A program made the position numbers and the translations under genes. Source: an uncultured delta proteobacterium (GTDB taxonomy: Bacteria > Myxococcota_A > Polyangia > Polyangiales > Polyangiaceae). Taken from it: a stretch of 64,000 bases of DNA. Location of the stretch: NCBI GenBank assembly GCA_963841435.1, contig CAWJCS010000006.1, positions 1,248,001 to 1,312,000 of the forward strand. Reading direction: 5' to 3'. The first letter of the stretch is position 1. Each line of letters opens with the position of its first letter. Below, piece after piece: positions 41,307 through 55,484 of the stretch. The notes beneath the pieces are model-generated. The model was not told the origin of the DNA. It made no database searches and saw only the letters and a program-made list of their open reading frames with translations.

Positions 41307-43027
41307 CGCTGCTCGCCGTGTGGGCGCCAACGGCACAGCGCGTCGACGCGGTGCTCGGGGAACGTCGCGTGCCGATGGCCCGTGCACGACGCGACGGCTG
41401 GTTCGAGGTCGAGCTAGCGCTTGCGGCGGGACAAACCTACGCGTTTAGCGTCGACAATGGCCCGGCGCGACCCGATCCGCGCTCGCGGTTCCAGCCCGGC
41501 GGCGTGCACGCGCCGTCGGCCGTCGTCGAGCTGCCCGAGCCTCCGGCGGGCGCTTTCCGCCCCGCGCCGCTCGATCGCGCCGTGATCTACGAGCTGCACG
41601 TCGGCACTTTCAGCGCCGAGGGCACGTTCGACGGAGCCGTCTCGCACCTTTCTTCCCTGGTCGAGCTCGGCGTCACCCACGTCGAGCTCATGCCCGTTGC
41701 GGCCTTTCCCGGCGTGCGCGGCTGGGGCTACGACGGCGTCGCGCCCTTCGCAACGCACGCCGCGTACGGCGGTCCCGAGGGGCTCGTGCGTTTCGTGCGC
41801 GGCTGTCACGAGCGGGGCCTGGGTGTCATTCTCGACGTCGTCTACAATCACCTCGGCCCGTCGGGGAACTACCTGGCGACCTACGCGCCGTACTTCACGA
41901 GCCGCTACGGAACCCCCTGGGGCGACGCCGTCAACTTCGACGGGCCCAAGAGCGACGAGGTGCGCGCCTATTTCGTCAACAACGCGCTCGCGTGGCTTCG
42001 CGACTACGGCATCGATGGGCTCCGGCTCGACGCCGTGCACGCCATTTTCGACGGCTCCGCCGTCCATGTCCTCGAGGAGCTCGCGACGGCCGCCCGCGCC
42101 TTCGAGGCGGAGACCGGGCGCAGCGTCGTGCTCATCGCCGAGAGCGATCTGAACGATCCCAAGTTCGTCCGGCCCACCAACGAGGGCGGATACGGCCTCG
42201 ATGCGACCTGGAGCGACGATCTTCACCACGCGCTCCACGTCCTCACGACGGGCGAGCGTACCGGCTACTACGAAGATTTCGGCCGCGTCGCCGATGTCGC
42301 GAAGGCGCTGCGCACGGGCTACGTCTACGATGGCGTGCGCTCGCATTTCCGCGGCCGCCGGCACGGCCGCCCAAGCACCGGACTTTCGGGTACGGCGTTC
42401 GTCGTCAGTCTGCAAAATCACGATCAAGTGGGCAATCGGGCACAGGGCGACCGGCTGTCGCACACGGTGGGTCACGAGCTCGCTCGCGTCGCGGCGGCGC
42501 TCGTCTTGCTCTCGCCGTTCGTGCCGCTGATCTTCCAGGGTGAAGAATGGGGCGCCTCGACGCCGTTTCCGTACTTCACCGATCACGGCGAGCCGGAGCT
42601 GGCGCGCGCCGTGAGCGAGGGGCGGCGCGAGGAGTTCGTGCGCTTCGGCTGGGATCCGGCGGCGATTCCCGATCCGCAAGCGCCGGAGACGTTCGAGCGC
42701 GCGCGCCTCTGCTGGGACGAGCGTTCGGGCGGTGAGCACGCCGCGACGCTCGCCTGGTACCGCGCGCTCCTGCGCTTGCGCCGCGAGCAGCCGGAGCTCG
42801 CGGATCCCAGGCTCGAATTGGTGGACGTCGCCTTCGACGAGCGGTCCCGCTGGCTCTTGCTCCGGCGCGGCTCGGTCGGAGTCGTGACGAATTTCGGCGA
42901 CTCCGAGGTCACGCTGCCGCTCGGCACCGTGGGTGAGCCGCTCGCCGTTTCCAAGCCCGGCGTCGTCGCTTCCGAGCGCTCGCTGTCGCTGCCGGGGCGA
43001 GCCGCCGCCGTCGTGCGGCTCGCCTGA
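41303..43027 (+). CDS. treZ: Malto-oligosyltrehalose trehalohydrolase
   Basis: VWAP, PDPRSRFQP.GVH, IYELHVGTF, WGYDGV, DVVYNHLGP, GLRLDAVHAI, QNHDQVGNRA and FQGEEWGA. GTGA coupling to treY. Confidence 0.97.
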   Translation: MTLLAVWAPTAQRVDAVLGERRVPMARARRDGWFEVELALAAGQTYAFSVDNGPARPDPRSRFQPGGVHAPSAVVELPEPPAGAFRPAPLDRAVIYELHVGTFSAEGTFDGAVSHLSSLVELGVTHVELMPVAAFPGVRGWGYDGVAPFATHAAYGGPEGLVRFVRGCHERGLGVILDVVYNHLGPSGNYLATYAPYFTSRYGTPWGDAVNFDGPKSDEVRAYFVNNALAWLRDYGIDGLRLDAVHAIFDGSAVHVLEELATAARAFEAETGRSVVLIAESDLNDPKFVRPTNEGGYGLDATWSDDLHHALHVLTTGERTGYYEDFGRVADVAKALRTGYVYDGVRSHFRGRRHGRPSTGLSGTAFVVSLQNHDQVGNRAQGDRLSHTVGHELARVAAALVLLSPFVPLIFQGEEWGASTPFPYFTDHGEPELARAVSEGRREEFVRFGWDPAAIPDPQAPETFERARLCWDERSGGEHAATLAWYRALLRLRREQPELADPRLELVDVAFDERSRWLLLRRGSVGVVTNFGDSEVTLPLGTVGEPLAVSKPGVVASERSLSLPGRAAAVVRLA

Positions 43028-43034
43028 CGCGCCC

Positions 43035-44198
43035 TCAGGGCATCACGGTGTAGAGCGCCGACATGCCGGCGAGCAGGTGGTCGTTCACGTGGCAGTGAAA
43101 TAGCCAGATGCCCGGGTTGTCCGGCACCATGTCGGCCATCACCATGGTCGCTGGCAACAGGTCGACAACGTTGACGCGCATGCCGCCGACGAGCACGGTG
43201 TTGCCGTGCCAGTGCGGCGTGTGAAGATCGACCTCGGTGCCCATGCCCATCACGTACCAGCGCACGCGGTCGCCGAGATGCATGTGCAGATCGGGGAGGT
43301 TCCCGTACACGTACCCGTTGATCGAGTGCATGAGGTTGCTCTCGCCGAACTCCTCGTCGTCGGGATCGACGGACTCGGGGTCGCCCGCGTAGGTTTCGAT
43401 GTTCTCGTCGAGGTACGGGCTCTGGTTCTCGTCGGCGACCTCGAACAGCGTGAAAAATTCGCGGTTGACGTCGATCGGCGTCGCGTCTTCGCGCGCCATG
43501 TTGCGCCGGGTGATCACCATGCTGCCCATGAGTCCCGCGTAGACGTCGGCGACCTCGTCGGTATGGCCGTGGTACATCCACATCACCGAGCTCATGTCGT
43601 TCGGCCCCGGTCCGGCGCGCTCGGGCACCTCCCAGTGGTACTCGTAGCGCCCGCCGGGCGGGACGGCGTCGTCGTCCTTGGCGCTGCCGCTCGTGCCGTC
43701 GTCGTAAGGGGCGCCCTCGGAGTCCTTCTCGTAGAAGACGCCGTGTGGATGAATGCCCGTCGAGCGCGTGGTCTTGTTGAAGAAATGCACGTGGATCGTG
43801 TCGCCGACCACGGCGCGGATCACGGGGCCCGTGAAGCCGAGGTGCTCCGTTTCCTCGCTCGGCGTGGTCTCCTCGGTGAAGCTGTCGTCGGTGTATTGCC
43901 GGAACAGCGCCTTCACGTAGGTGCTCCCCACGCGATCGGGCCCGCTTCCGACGAACACGTTCTCGTCGTCGGTGAAATCCTCTCCCGTGATGAGATTCTT
44001 GCCGCTCGGCGCGTAGTTCCAAGCAAGCTCCTCGGCCGCGATGAAGTATTCCCGCATCATCGGCTCGGGCCCCATGCCGGGAGTCGGCTCTGCAAGCGCG
44101 TCGCCGTCCGCGCATCCCGCGACGCCGGTCAGGCACGCGAGCGCCAAGCACGCGCAGAAAGTCCTACCCACTTCTTGTCCCATGGTCATCCTTGTCAT
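43035..44198 (-). CDS. Two-domain multicopper oxidase, ceruloplasmin/hephaestin-like, lipoprotein
   Basis: Copper motifs IHPHG, WMYHGH, HTPHWHG and WLFHCHVNDHLLAGM; REYFIAAEE..WNYAPSG and GPVIRA.VGD. Lipobox VAGC; GGAG RBS before ATG 44198. Confidence 0.9.
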   Translation of the reverse strand: MTRMTMGQEVGRTFCACLALACLTGVAGCADGDALAEPTPGMGPEPMMREYFIAAEELAWNYAPSGKNLITGEDFTDDENVFVGSGPDRVGSTYVKALFRQYTDDSFTEETTPSEETEHLGFTGPVIRAVVGDTIHVHFFNKTTRSTGIHPHGVFYEKDSEGAPYDDGTSGSAKDDDAVPPGGRYEYHWEVPERAGPGPNDMSSVMWMYHGHTDEVADVYAGLMGSMVITRRNMAREDATPIDVNREFFTLFEVADENQSPYLDENIETYAGDPESVDPDDEEFGESNLMHSINGYVYGNLPDLHMHLGDRVRWYVMGMGTEVDLHTPHWHGNTVLVGGMRVNVVDLLPATMVMADMVPDNPGIWLFHCHVNDHLLAGMSALYTVMP

Positions 44199-44363
44199 CG
44201 TCGTTCTCCAGCTCCGTCCCGTGATGCCGTACGCAAGACGCGTAGAGCCCACCATCCTCTATGCTCGTTGCCATGGCGTTTCTACGCCGTAGAGCGTCCG
44301 CGCCCGTTCGATGGCGCTCGCGTTACGAGCGCTCACGTCCGGCCGGCCGAATCCGCCTTCGGA

Positions 44364-47695
<3,332 letters not shown>

Positions 47696-47812
47696 GATCC
47701 GAACCCCCGAGGCTTATGGAGCATGCCGCAAATGTAAAGGGGGGCGCGCCGAGTCGGGCCGTGCGACGAGGCCCTCGGGCCGAAGCCCCATGCGTCGCTC
47801 GGCCGAGCCGAT

Positions 47813-48193
47813 TCAGCCGCTGCGCGCGACGAGCGTGATGGCCTTCTCGGGGCAAGCGGCCACGCACAGCCCGCACGCGCGGCAGCGATCCACGCCCGGA
47901 ACGTGCGCCGTTTGCTTCTTGTGAGCCCAGACCTTTAGCCGTGCGAGCGGCGGCAGGCGCCGGAACTCGCCGTCGTCGATGGGCCCGACCACGAAGACAC
48001 CGTAGGGACACACGGTCACGCAGTCGGCCTTGGCCTCACAGCGCCGCCGGTTGACGAACGGCACGAGCGTACCCGGTGCCGCGCGGCACTTCTCCCCGGT
48101 CCGGCGCGGGCTCTTGGCGGCGCGGCGCGCCTTTCCTACGTCGAAAGCGGCGTTTTCGCGGTCAGCCGGGAGCTCGTCGTGGTCGTCACCCAT
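47813..48193 (-). CDS. 4Fe-4S dicluster ferredoxin-like protein
   Basis: CEAKADCVTVCP and CRACGLCVAACP; GAGGA RBS before ATG 48193. Confidence 0.85.
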   Translation of the reverse strand: MGDDHDELPADRENAAFDVGKARRAAKSPRRTGEKCRAAPGTLVPFVNRRRCEAKADCVTVCPYGVFVVGPIDDGEFRRLPPLARLKVWAHKKQTAHVPGVDRCRACGLCVAACPEKAITLVARSG

Positions 48194-48282
48194 GCTGGTC
48201 CTCGTCGTCCGGTCGGGCTGGAATACGAGTCGGAGGCGATTGCCCCGCACGCGCTCACTCGGAAAGCGCGGCGTCGCGCGGG

Positions 48283-48330
48283 GCCTTCACGCCTTCACGC
48301 CTTCACGCCTTCACGCCTTCACGCCTTCAC
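48283..48330. repeat. 8-bp tandem repeat (GCCTTCAC)x6
   Basis: Six exact copies; the last contains the stop codon (TGA on minus) of the ferritin-like gene. Confidence 0.95.
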
Positions 48331-48869
48331 GGCTTGGCGCCAAGCGTCGCGAGCAGGTTCGCGAGGTCGTCGGCGTGCTCTTCTTCCATCTTGAGAATGT
48401 CCTCGATGATCCGGCGCGTCGTCGGATCATCCGTACCGAGCCAGCGGATGATCTCCGAGTAGGTCTCGATCGCGATGCGCTCGGCCACGAGGTCTTCCGT
48501 GATCATGGCGTCGAGCGTGTCGCCCTCTGCGTAGGAGGCGTGGGCGCGCGTCGTGAGGCCTTCGGGATTGAAGTTCGGCACGCCGCCGAGCTGGGTGATG
48601 CGCTGCGCAGCCCAGTCGGCGTGCAGGGTCTCCTCGTTGGCGTGCTGCAGAAACTCCGCCGCCACGGGGCCGGCGTTGATGCCGCTCGCCATGAAGTAGT
48701 GGTTCTTGTACCTCAAGATGCACACGATCTCGGTCGCGAGCACCTCTTGCAGCACGTCGAGCACCTTGTCGCGGTCGGCGAGGTACGCGCCGGTGACGGC
48801 GCCCTCGCTCATCTTCTCGCGAGCGCGTTTACGGATGGCTTCGAGGTCGGTCTTGAAGGGCTGTTTCAC
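48327..48869 (-). CDS. Bacterioferritin-like (ferritin/Dps domain) protein
   Basis: LATEIVC..RY, EFLQHANEE..HAD, RI.QLGG.P, EDLVAERIAIETY and EDIL..EEEHADDL di-iron ligand pattern. Confidence 0.9.
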   Translation of the reverse strand: MKQPFKTDLEAIRKRAREKMSEGAVTGAYLADRDKVLDVLQEVLATEIVCILRYKNHYFMASGINAGPVAAEFLQHANEETLHADWAAQRITQLGGVPNFNPEGLTTRAHASYAEGDTLDAMITEDLVAERIAIETYSEIIRWLGTDDPTTRRIIEDILKMEEEHADDLANLLATLGAKP

Positions 48870-49007
48870 GCCGTCAGGCTACCACCGCCCCCGGTTGCCC
48901 GACAGATCCGCGCGTCGCCGTAACGGAGGGGCTGGCGAGCGGCCGCGGTCGAGCTCGCTCGCCGTCTGCGGCTGGGGCAGGTTTGCTCGTCGCTCGCCCA
49001 GGCCGTT

Positions 49008-49694
49008 TCACCCGCGTTGCCAAACCAGAAAGAGGTTGTTGGCGGGCATCGCATGCGTTCGAACGAGCTCGAGGCCCTCGGCGCGCGCCACGTCCGTCAT
49101 CGCATCGACATCTCTCACGCCCCACTCGGGATTGCGCTCGCGCAGCGACTCATCGAAGCGCAGGTTGCTCTCCGCGGTGTGCTTGCCGTGCACCAAGTAG
49201 GGCCCGTACGTCAGGAGCGGCCCGCCAGCAGGGAGCCAGCGTCGCGCGAGCCGAAAAAGCCCGATACACGCCGCCCATGGGGCGATATGCACCATGTTGG
49301 CGCAGTAGATCGCGCTCGGCTCGAGCGGGCGCGGCTTCGCGGTGACGTTGCCGGGCGCCGCCGTGACCTCGCCGGACGGCGCCGTCACATCGAGCTCGGC
49401 GGGCGGCGCCGTCACGTCGAGCTCGATGGGCGCCAAGAGGCGCGGATTTCCGAGCAGCGCGACCCGCCGCCGCAGCGTCTCGAGATTCTCCGCATCGCAA
49501 TCGGACGGCTGGATCGTCCAGCCCGAAAGCGCGCCCGCGAAGTGCGCCGCATGCTGCCCCGTCCCCGACGCGATCTCGAGCAGGACGCCCCGCGCGGGGA
49601 GCTCCCTTTGGAGCACCTCGGTGATCGGCTGCTTGTTGCGCTCCGCCGCCGGCCAGATCAAAAGCCCGTGCTCATCGGTCCCGTGGGCGGCCAT
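49008..49694 (-). CDS. DUF938-family SAM-dependent methyltransferase
   Basis: PAAERNKQPI, LEIASGTGQHA, QPSD, CANMVHIAPW, YGPY, SNLRFDESLR.RNPEWGVRD and MPANN. Confidence 0.92.
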   Translation of the reverse strand: MAAHGTDEHGLLIWPAAERNKQPITEVLQRELPARGVLLEIASGTGQHAAHFAGALSGWTIQPSDCDAENLETLRRRVALLGNPRLLAPIELDVTAPPAELDVTAPSGEVTAAPGNVTAKPRPLEPSAIYCANMVHIAPWAACIGLFRLARRWLPAGGPLLTYGPYLVHGKHTAESNLRFDESLRERNPEWGVRDVDAMTDVARAEGLELVRTHAMPANNLFLVWQRG

Positions 49695-49829
49695 CGGCGC
49701 GAGCGTAGCGTACCTCTCGCCGCTCGCGTTCCACCGAGGCCGATCCGCCGGCGGTTCGCTCCCGGGGGCTCGGGGTCTGGGCCTGGCTCATCGCCCGTCT
49801 CGTGCCATCTTCTGGTGGTGACGGGTGAG

Positions 49830-50564
49830 GTGTGCCGCTTGAGCCTCGGCTTGCTCGCGACCGGGCTCATCGGCTGTTCCGGTCAGAGCAGCGTTCAGGG
49901 TTCGGACTCTTCGGGCGCAGGCAACAGCGGCATGGCCGGCACCGGTGGAGCTCCAGCTGCCGAAGCCGAGACTTGCTACGTCATCACGAGCGACACCGAG
50001 GAGGATCGGTTCGTCCGCGCGGAGGGCGGAGAGTACTCGCTCACGTCGAGCAGCTGGTCACGTGCGATGATGTCGTTCTCGTCGGTGTCACAGGAGATTA
50101 GCGTCGTCCAATCACTTGGCGGCAACGGCTACCAGGGTCTCTCGGTTCATCTGGCGGCGGACGGCACCATCGCCGACGCCGAATTCTCGGACTGTCCAAC
50201 CAACCCCAACCAGAACGTCTGCTACCAGACCAACTCCGTCCCCGCGTCCATCACGACCTGCGAGGGCACACCGGTGAGCGTGCCGAGCGTGGCCGGCTGC
50301 TACGACGAGGGTCCCGACGGCTATCGGATCGTCATCGGTGGCGAGCCCTTCCACTACTACGCCACGGCCTCGAAGGCGGGCGGCCCTACCGAGTCATGGG
50401 GAGCCACCGAGGATCCCGAGAACTTTTCACAGCGTCGGCTCGTGCTGTCGGGCGGCTTCGACTTTCGCATTGGGAGCACGGGCAGGCTCTGGGCCTACGC
50501 TAGCGACCGCAACGCCTCTTCCTACACCGTGTTTCACGCCTGCATGAACACTTCGCTACCCTGA
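49830..50564 (+). CDS. Hypothetical lipoprotein
   Basis: LSLGLLATGLIGC lipobox and a Ser/Thr/Tyr-rich beta-type sequence, somewhat less GC-rich than its neighbours. Start uncertain (GTG 49815, 49818 or 49830). Confidence 0.6.
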   Translation: MCRLSLGLLATGLIGCSGQSSVQGSDSSGAGNSGMAGTGGAPAAEAETCYVITSDTEEDRFVRAEGGEYSLTSSSWSRAMMSFSSVSQEISVVQSLGGNGYQGLSVHLAADGTIADAEFSDCPTNPNQNVCYQTNSVPASITTCEGTPVSVPSVAGCYDEGPDGYRIVIGGEPFHYYATASKAGGPTESWGATEDPENFSQRRLVLSGGFDFRIGSTGRLWAYASDRNASSYTVFHACMNTSLP

Positions 50565-50873
50565 GCCGTCGAGGCCGTGCGACATGCCGGCGTGCCCGGG
50601 CCGGATAAGGTTGCACCTCCCACGAATCGCCCGTCTGGCCGGCGGGTCAGTCGTGCGCGGGGCGTCGTCGCTGGCCCGGCGCGGAAAGTTGTCGCCCAGG
50701 CAAATCGTGAGACGCCGCTCGCGCTCGTGCCCTTCGAGCGGATGGGCACGCGCGCATGCCGGCTGGCTCGCGGTCCGTGGCCGCGGTGCGTTCCTCCCTT
50801 GATTGGCCTGGCGGGCTCGGGCTAGCGTCGCTCGCCTTTCGCTGCGATTTTCCGCAAGCGATCGAGGAGGCCC

Positions 50874-51533
50874 ATGAAGCTCGCCAGAAAGTCATCGACG
50901 CTCCCCCTCGCTCTCGTGCTCGCGACGCTCCACTTCGGCTGCGAAGACAAGGAAGCGGCCAAAGAGAGTCCTGCGGCCAAGGAGACCGCGTCGGCAGCCC
51001 CCGTCGCGCCGCCGCCCGCGCCGGCTCCCGAACCGCCCAAGCCCCGCGAGGACTGCCCCGAAGGTTCGAGCGGCATCGGCACCACGGACAAGCCGTGCCT
51101 CGCGAGCGGGGACTCGCGCATGATGGACGTGCAGTACTCGGGCAAGACCACCGAGCAGGGGCCGAAGTTCAGCGTCACCAACAAGACGAAGAAGTCGATC
51201 CTGTACGGGTCCGTAGCGGTCTACTTCTACGACAAGAAGGGCAAGCAGCTCGAGGTGACCCACGGCGGGAAGCCGCGCCCCATGCAGCTCTGTTCCGGAA
51301 ACATCTTCGCCGGCGCCGTGAAGCCCGAAGAGAAGATCTGGGTGTTCTTCTCGTGCGTCGGCAAAGACGTCGTCCCCGAGGGGACGAAGACAATCGAAGC
51401 CGAGGCTAGAATGGTCGGCTTCGCCGACGAGGCGGGCGAAAAGAACGACTTTTACTGGTCGAACCCCGACCTGATCCCCGACGAGCGCCCCAAGGGCGGC
51501 ATCAAGCCGAAGTCCAAGTCGAAGAAGAAGTGA
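50874..51533 (+). CDS. Hypothetical lipoprotein
   Basis: GAGGAGG RBS; MKLARK..LALVLATLHFGC; Lys-rich with four further Cys. Confidence 0.8.
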   Translation: MKLARKSSTLPLALVLATLHFGCEDKEAAKESPAAKETASAAPVAPPPAPAPEPPKPREDCPEGSSGIGTTDKPCLASGDSRMMDVQYSGKTTEQGPKFSVTNKTKKSILYGSVAVYFYDKKGKQLEVTHGGKPRPMQLCSGNIFAGAVKPEEKIWVFFSCVGKDVVPEGTKTIEAEARMVGFADEAGEKNDFYWSNPDLIPDERPKGGIKPKSKSKKK

Positions 51534-51583
51534 GCCGAGGGCGAGGTCGCCACCGGCCGCCAGCCTCCCTCACGAAAACGCTG

Positions 51584-51656
51584 TGCCCAGAGCCGGAATC
51601 GAACCAGCGACACGAGGATTTTCAATCCTCTGCTCTACCAACTGAGCTATCTGGGC
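51584..51656 (-). tRNA. tRNA-Phe (GAA), CCA not encoded
   Basis: Minus strand reads GCCCAGATAGCTCAGTTGGTAGAGCAGAGGATTGAAAATCCTCGTGTCGCTGGTTCGATTCCGGCTCTGGGCA (73 nt): cloverleaf, GGTTCGA T-loop, anticodon GAA. Confidence 0.98.
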
Positions 51657-51855
51657 GGACCTTGGCGGCGTCTTTCGTCGCCTGACCCCCGGCCGGTCGA
51701 GACCGTCCGGGGCCACGCCTCTTAGCGCAGGGCGCTCGCCTGGTAAAGCCGGTCGAAGCTGCCCCGGGCACCGCCCGGGCCGGGGTTTTTCGCGCGGGGG
51801 GCCGAGGGGGTGGGGCGGTGTCCTCTCTTTCGGGGGTTCGAGTACTCTCCTCGAA

Positions 51856-52935
51856 ATGGCCGATGATGCGGTGCCGAGCGGACAGAGCGCGCTGGTGGCG
51901 GAAGGCTACTTCCACCAGCTGTTGCAAAAGGCCGTCGCGGCGGGCGCGAGCGATGTGCACCTCAAGGTCGGCCAGCCGCCGGGGGCGCGCGTCGCGGGGA
52001 GCCTCGTGTTCTTCCGCGTCGACAAGCTGAGGGCCGCCGACACCGAGGCGGCGGCGCGCCACGTGCTCAGGCGCCGCCCGGGTGCCGTGGAGCTCGACGA
52101 GCTCAAGGAAGTGGACACGAGCTACACCGTTGCGGGCATCGGGCGCTTCCGCGTCAACATTTACAAGCAGCGAGGGTCGCTCGCGATCGTGATGCGCGTC
52201 ATCCCGGCGCGCGTTCCCCAGCTCGACGAGCTCGGAACGCCCGAGGCGTGCAAGGTGCTCGCGGCGAAGGATCGCGGGCTCGTCTTGTGCGTCGGGGCGG
52301 CGGGCAACGGCAAGTCGACGACGCTCGCGGCGATGATCGACCACATGAACCACACCACACACCGTCACGTCGTGACCATCGAGGACCCGATCGAGTACCT
52401 GCACGAGGACGATCTCTGCTCGATCAGCCAGCGCGAGATCGGCACCGACACGCCGAGCTTCTCGAGCGCCCTGCGCGCGGCGCTCCGTCAGGACCCCGAC
52501 GTCATCCAGCTCGGCGAGATCCGCGATTCGGAGACGATGGACATCGCGCTCAAGGCCGCCGAGACGGGGCACCTCGTGCTCACGACCCTGCACACGCCGG
52601 ACGTCGGGCGCACGGTGAACCGCATTTTGGCGCTCTCCGAGGGCGATCCCCAGGAGACGCGCGAGCGCTTCGGTGGGGCCCTGCAGGGCATCATCGCCCA
52701 GCGCCTCCTGCCGCGCGCGGACGGGCAGGGGCGGGTGCTCGTCGCGGAGGTGCTCATCGGCACGGGTTCGGTGCGCGAGACGATCAAGCGCCCAGAAGGC
52801 AACCCGCCGCTCAAGGAGCTGATGGAATCGGGGACCTCCCTTTACGGCATGCAGACCTTCGAGATGCACGTGAAGGAGCTCGTCCGGAGTGGGATTTTGG
52901 AGCGCGATGTCGGGCGCGCCGCCATCGGATTTTGA
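51856..52935 (+). CDS. PilT/PilU-family type IV pilus ATPase paralog
   Basis: [52 protein letters not shown] and [12 protein letters not shown]. Confidence 0.93.
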   Translation: MADDAVPSGQSALVAEGYFHQLLQKAVAAGASDVHLKVGQPPGARVAGSLVFFRVDKLRAADTEAAARHVLRRRPGAVELDELKEVDTSYTVAGIGRFRVNIYKQRGSLAIVMRVIPARVPQLDELGTPEACKVLAAKDRGLVLCVGAAGNGKSTTLAAMIDHMNHTTHRHVVTIEDPIEYLHEDDLCSISQREIGTDTPSFSSALRAALRQDPDVIQLGEIRDSETMDIALKAAETGHLVLTTLHTPDVGRTVNRILALSEGDPQETRERFGGALQGIIAQRLLPRADGQGRVLVAEVLIGTGSVRETIKRPEGNPPLKELMESGTSLYGMQTFEMHVKELVRSGILERDVGRAAIGF

Positions 52936-52970
52936 CCGCGAGCGCCCGCGGCGATACGACGCTTCCTCAG

Positions 52971-53963
52971 ATGTCCGCTTCCCATCCGCCGAGCGCCGCC
53001 TCCACCCTGCGACACGACTACACGGTGGCCGAGGTGCGTGCACTCCACGATTTGCCGCTATTCGAGCTGCTCGACCGCGCACGCGCCGTGCACCGCGCGT
53101 ACCATCCGGACAACGAGGTGCAGCTCTGCACGCTGCTCAGCGTCAAGACGGGCGGCTGCCCCGAGGATTGCAAGTACTGCCCGCAGTCGTCGCACTACGA
53201 GACGAGCGTCAAAGGCGAGGCCATGGTGCCGCTCGCCGACGTGCTCGCTGCAGCGCGCAGCGCCAAGGAGCGCGGCGCAACGCGCTTCTGCATGGGAGCC
53301 GCCTGGCGTGAGCCGAAAGAAGGGCCGGCCTTCGAGCGCGTGCTCGACATGGTACGCGGCGTGAAGGAGCTCGGGCTCGAAGCGTGCGTCACGCTCGGCA
53401 TGCTCACCGACGCGCAGGCGACGCGCCTGAAGGACGCGGGCCTCGACGCCTACAACCACAACCTCGATACCTCGCGCGCCCACTACCGCTCGATCATCTC
53501 GACGCGCACCTTCGACGACCGCCTCGCGACGCTCCGGCGCGTGCGCGCGGCCGGCATCACCGTGTGCTCGGGCGGCATCATCGGCATGGGCGAAAGCCTC
53601 GACGATCGCGCGGGCATGCTCGTCGAGCTCGCGTCGCTCGATCCGCACCCCGAAAGCGTGCCCATCAATGCGCTCGTACGCATCCCCGGCACCCCCCTCG
53701 AACAAATGCCACCCGTGGAGCCGCTCGAGCTCGTGCGGCTCATCGCCACGGCGCGCGTCATGATGCCGAAGACGCGTGTGCGTCTGAGCGCCGGTCGCAC
53801 CGAGCTCGGCCGCGAAGCGCAGCTCATGTGCCTGTACGCCGGCGCGAACAGCATCTTCTACGGCGAAGAGCTCCTCACGACGCCGAACCCCGAAGAAGGC
53901 GCCGACCGCGAGCTGCTCAGAGTCGCGGGCCTCACGGCACAAGCGCCGGCCGTGTCCGGCTAG
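52971..53963 (+). CDS. bioB: Biotin synthase
   Basis: [64 protein letters not shown] and [10 protein letters not shown]. Confidence 0.98.
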   Translation: MSASHPPSAASTLRHDYTVAEVRALHDLPLFELLDRARAVHRAYHPDNEVQLCTLLSVKTGGCPEDCKYCPQSSHYETSVKGEAMVPLADVLAAARSAKERGATRFCMGAAWREPKEGPAFERVLDMVRGVKELGLEACVTLGMLTDAQATRLKDAGLDAYNHNLDTSRAHYRSIISTRTFDDRLATLRRVRAAGITVCSGGIIGMGESLDDRAGMLVELASLDPHPESVPINALVRIPGTPLEQMPPVEPLELVRLIATARVMMPKTRVRLSAGRTELGREAQLMCLYAGANSIFYGEELLTTPNPEEGADRELLRVAGLTAQAPAVSG

Positions 53964-54308
53964 GTGCGGCCGCGTGCGGCGCGGCGTGCGATGGGGCGGC
54001 ACGGCCGTCGGCGCGGTGGCGCCGCGTGCGGCGCGGTGGCGCGGTGGCGCGCGGGGCGGCGCGGTGGCGCGGTGCCGCGGGGACGGCCGCGTGCGGCGCG
54101 GTGGCGGCCGCGTGCGGCGCGGTGGCGGCCGTGTGCGGCGCGGTGGCGGCCGCGTGCGGCGCGGTGGCGGCCGTGTGCGGCGCGGTGGCGCCGCGTGCGG
54201 CGCGGCGTGGCGTGGCGTGGCGGGCGAACGCCAGCGACGGCGGCGTGCGGGGCGTCCGCCGCATGTGGCTCGGTCCGGGCTCGCGCTGGGCGCGTGCGGC
54301 TAGGTGCG
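53957..54308. repeat. G-rich degenerate tandem array; core 21-bp unit CGGCCGYGTGCGGCGCGGTGG x5 (54084-54188)
   Basis: Seen directly; bounded by a 12-bp direct repeat CGGCTAGGTGCG at 53957-53968 and 54297-54308. Confidence 0.9.
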
Positions 54309-55103
54309 AGCTCTAGCTGGGGTGGAGGTCGATGGTGGGGCCAGCTCTGGATCAACGGGGCCTGCGCGGCGGTAGCCGACTCTGAGGAGCCAGGTGCGGG
54401 CCGCGACGACCGGGATCGGCGGTGGTGGTAGCTGAGTGCGGCCTGCTCCATGGGACGCGGCTGCCTCGCTACCGAACACGAGCGAGCGTGGCCGATTCCA
54501 GCCCGCAAACCAGGCAGCGGACGAGCACGGGTTGACGAAGCCGGCCGGCAGGGCACGCGCGCCGGCGTGCTTTCCGGCGTTCAAAAGGACGTAGCTCAGC
54601 GCAGCGCGCGCGGCGCGGGGCGTGGTGAGCGCGCGCGCATGGTACCGGTCCGCGAACGCCGGTCCCCGTCGACCGAGTCGGCCGTTGAGCGCGCGCGCGA
54701 TGCGGATCGAAAGCCCCTGGACCCCGCGCGCGAGCGAGCGGCGGTCGCTCGCTTCGACGATGAGATGCAGATGATTGCTCTGCACCGAATAGTGGACGAG
54801 CCGGAAGCCGAACCGTTCGCGGCCCTGCGCGAACGCGCCGCGCACGACGGAGTACAGGGCGGCGCGGCGCAACGACGGGATGCCCGGACGCACCCGCAGC
54901 GTGACGTGAACCGGATGGTGCCGCGATAGCGTTGGCCGGGCGAGATGGGGCACACCTGGCCGCGGGCCGTTCGGCCGCCGCCCCGCGCCCCGTCGCGCGC
55001 CGCCCCACGCTCGGAAGGACAAAGACAGCTGCTTTGGCCGCAGGCGTCCGGCTCCGGAGCCCCGCGGGCGCTTTGCCGGTGGAGTGCTTTCCGCTTGTGT
55101 CAC
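54300..55103 (-). mobile_element. REP-associated tyrosine transposase (RAYT / TnpA-REP-like Y1 HUH endonuclease)
   Basis: HVTLR, VHYSVQSNHLHLIVEA (HUH), FADRYHARAL, ALSYVLLN.GKH (catalytic Tyr) and PCSS. GGGAGG RBS before GTG 55103. No TnpB partner. Confidence 0.88.
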
Positions 55104-55218
55104 TTGCGGCGCCTCCCGGCGGCGGGTGTTGCCGACGCCGCCGACCAAGACGCTGCGCGGCCGTCGCCCGCGCGGCTGGCGAATGACTGCCGGCTCACGA
55201 TCGTAAAGCCCCCTTCGT

Positions 55219-55258
55219 CATGAATCTTGAATTAGCATATATATAAGAAGCGTACAAG
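55219..55258. promoter_or_regulatory. AT-rich patch upstream of the RAYT gene (probable promoter)
   Basis: CATGAATCTTGAATTAGCATATATATAAGAAGCGTACAAG stands out in very GC-rich context, ~115-155 nt upstream of the RAYT start. Confidence 0.45.
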
Positions 55259-55484
55259 CGCCGAACGTCGTGCGGCGTTGCCAAGGGTGGCTCGGCGTGC
55301 GGCGCGGGCTACAAAGGGGGTGGCTCTTCGTGTGGCGCCGGACGGTGGAGTGGCTCGGCGTGCGCGTCACCGTGCGCAGCCGGTTACGCCGCCGCCCGGC
55401 CTCCCGGCGTCGGCTACGCCGTTTACGCCGCCGTTTACGCGGCCGGCCGACCACCGCCCGCCGCCGCCGGTCGCCGTCAACGCG

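Noticed and set aside
51534-51660. Genomic island integrated at tRNA-Phe
   Set aside because: No integrase and no duplicated tRNA 3' end was seen in the window.
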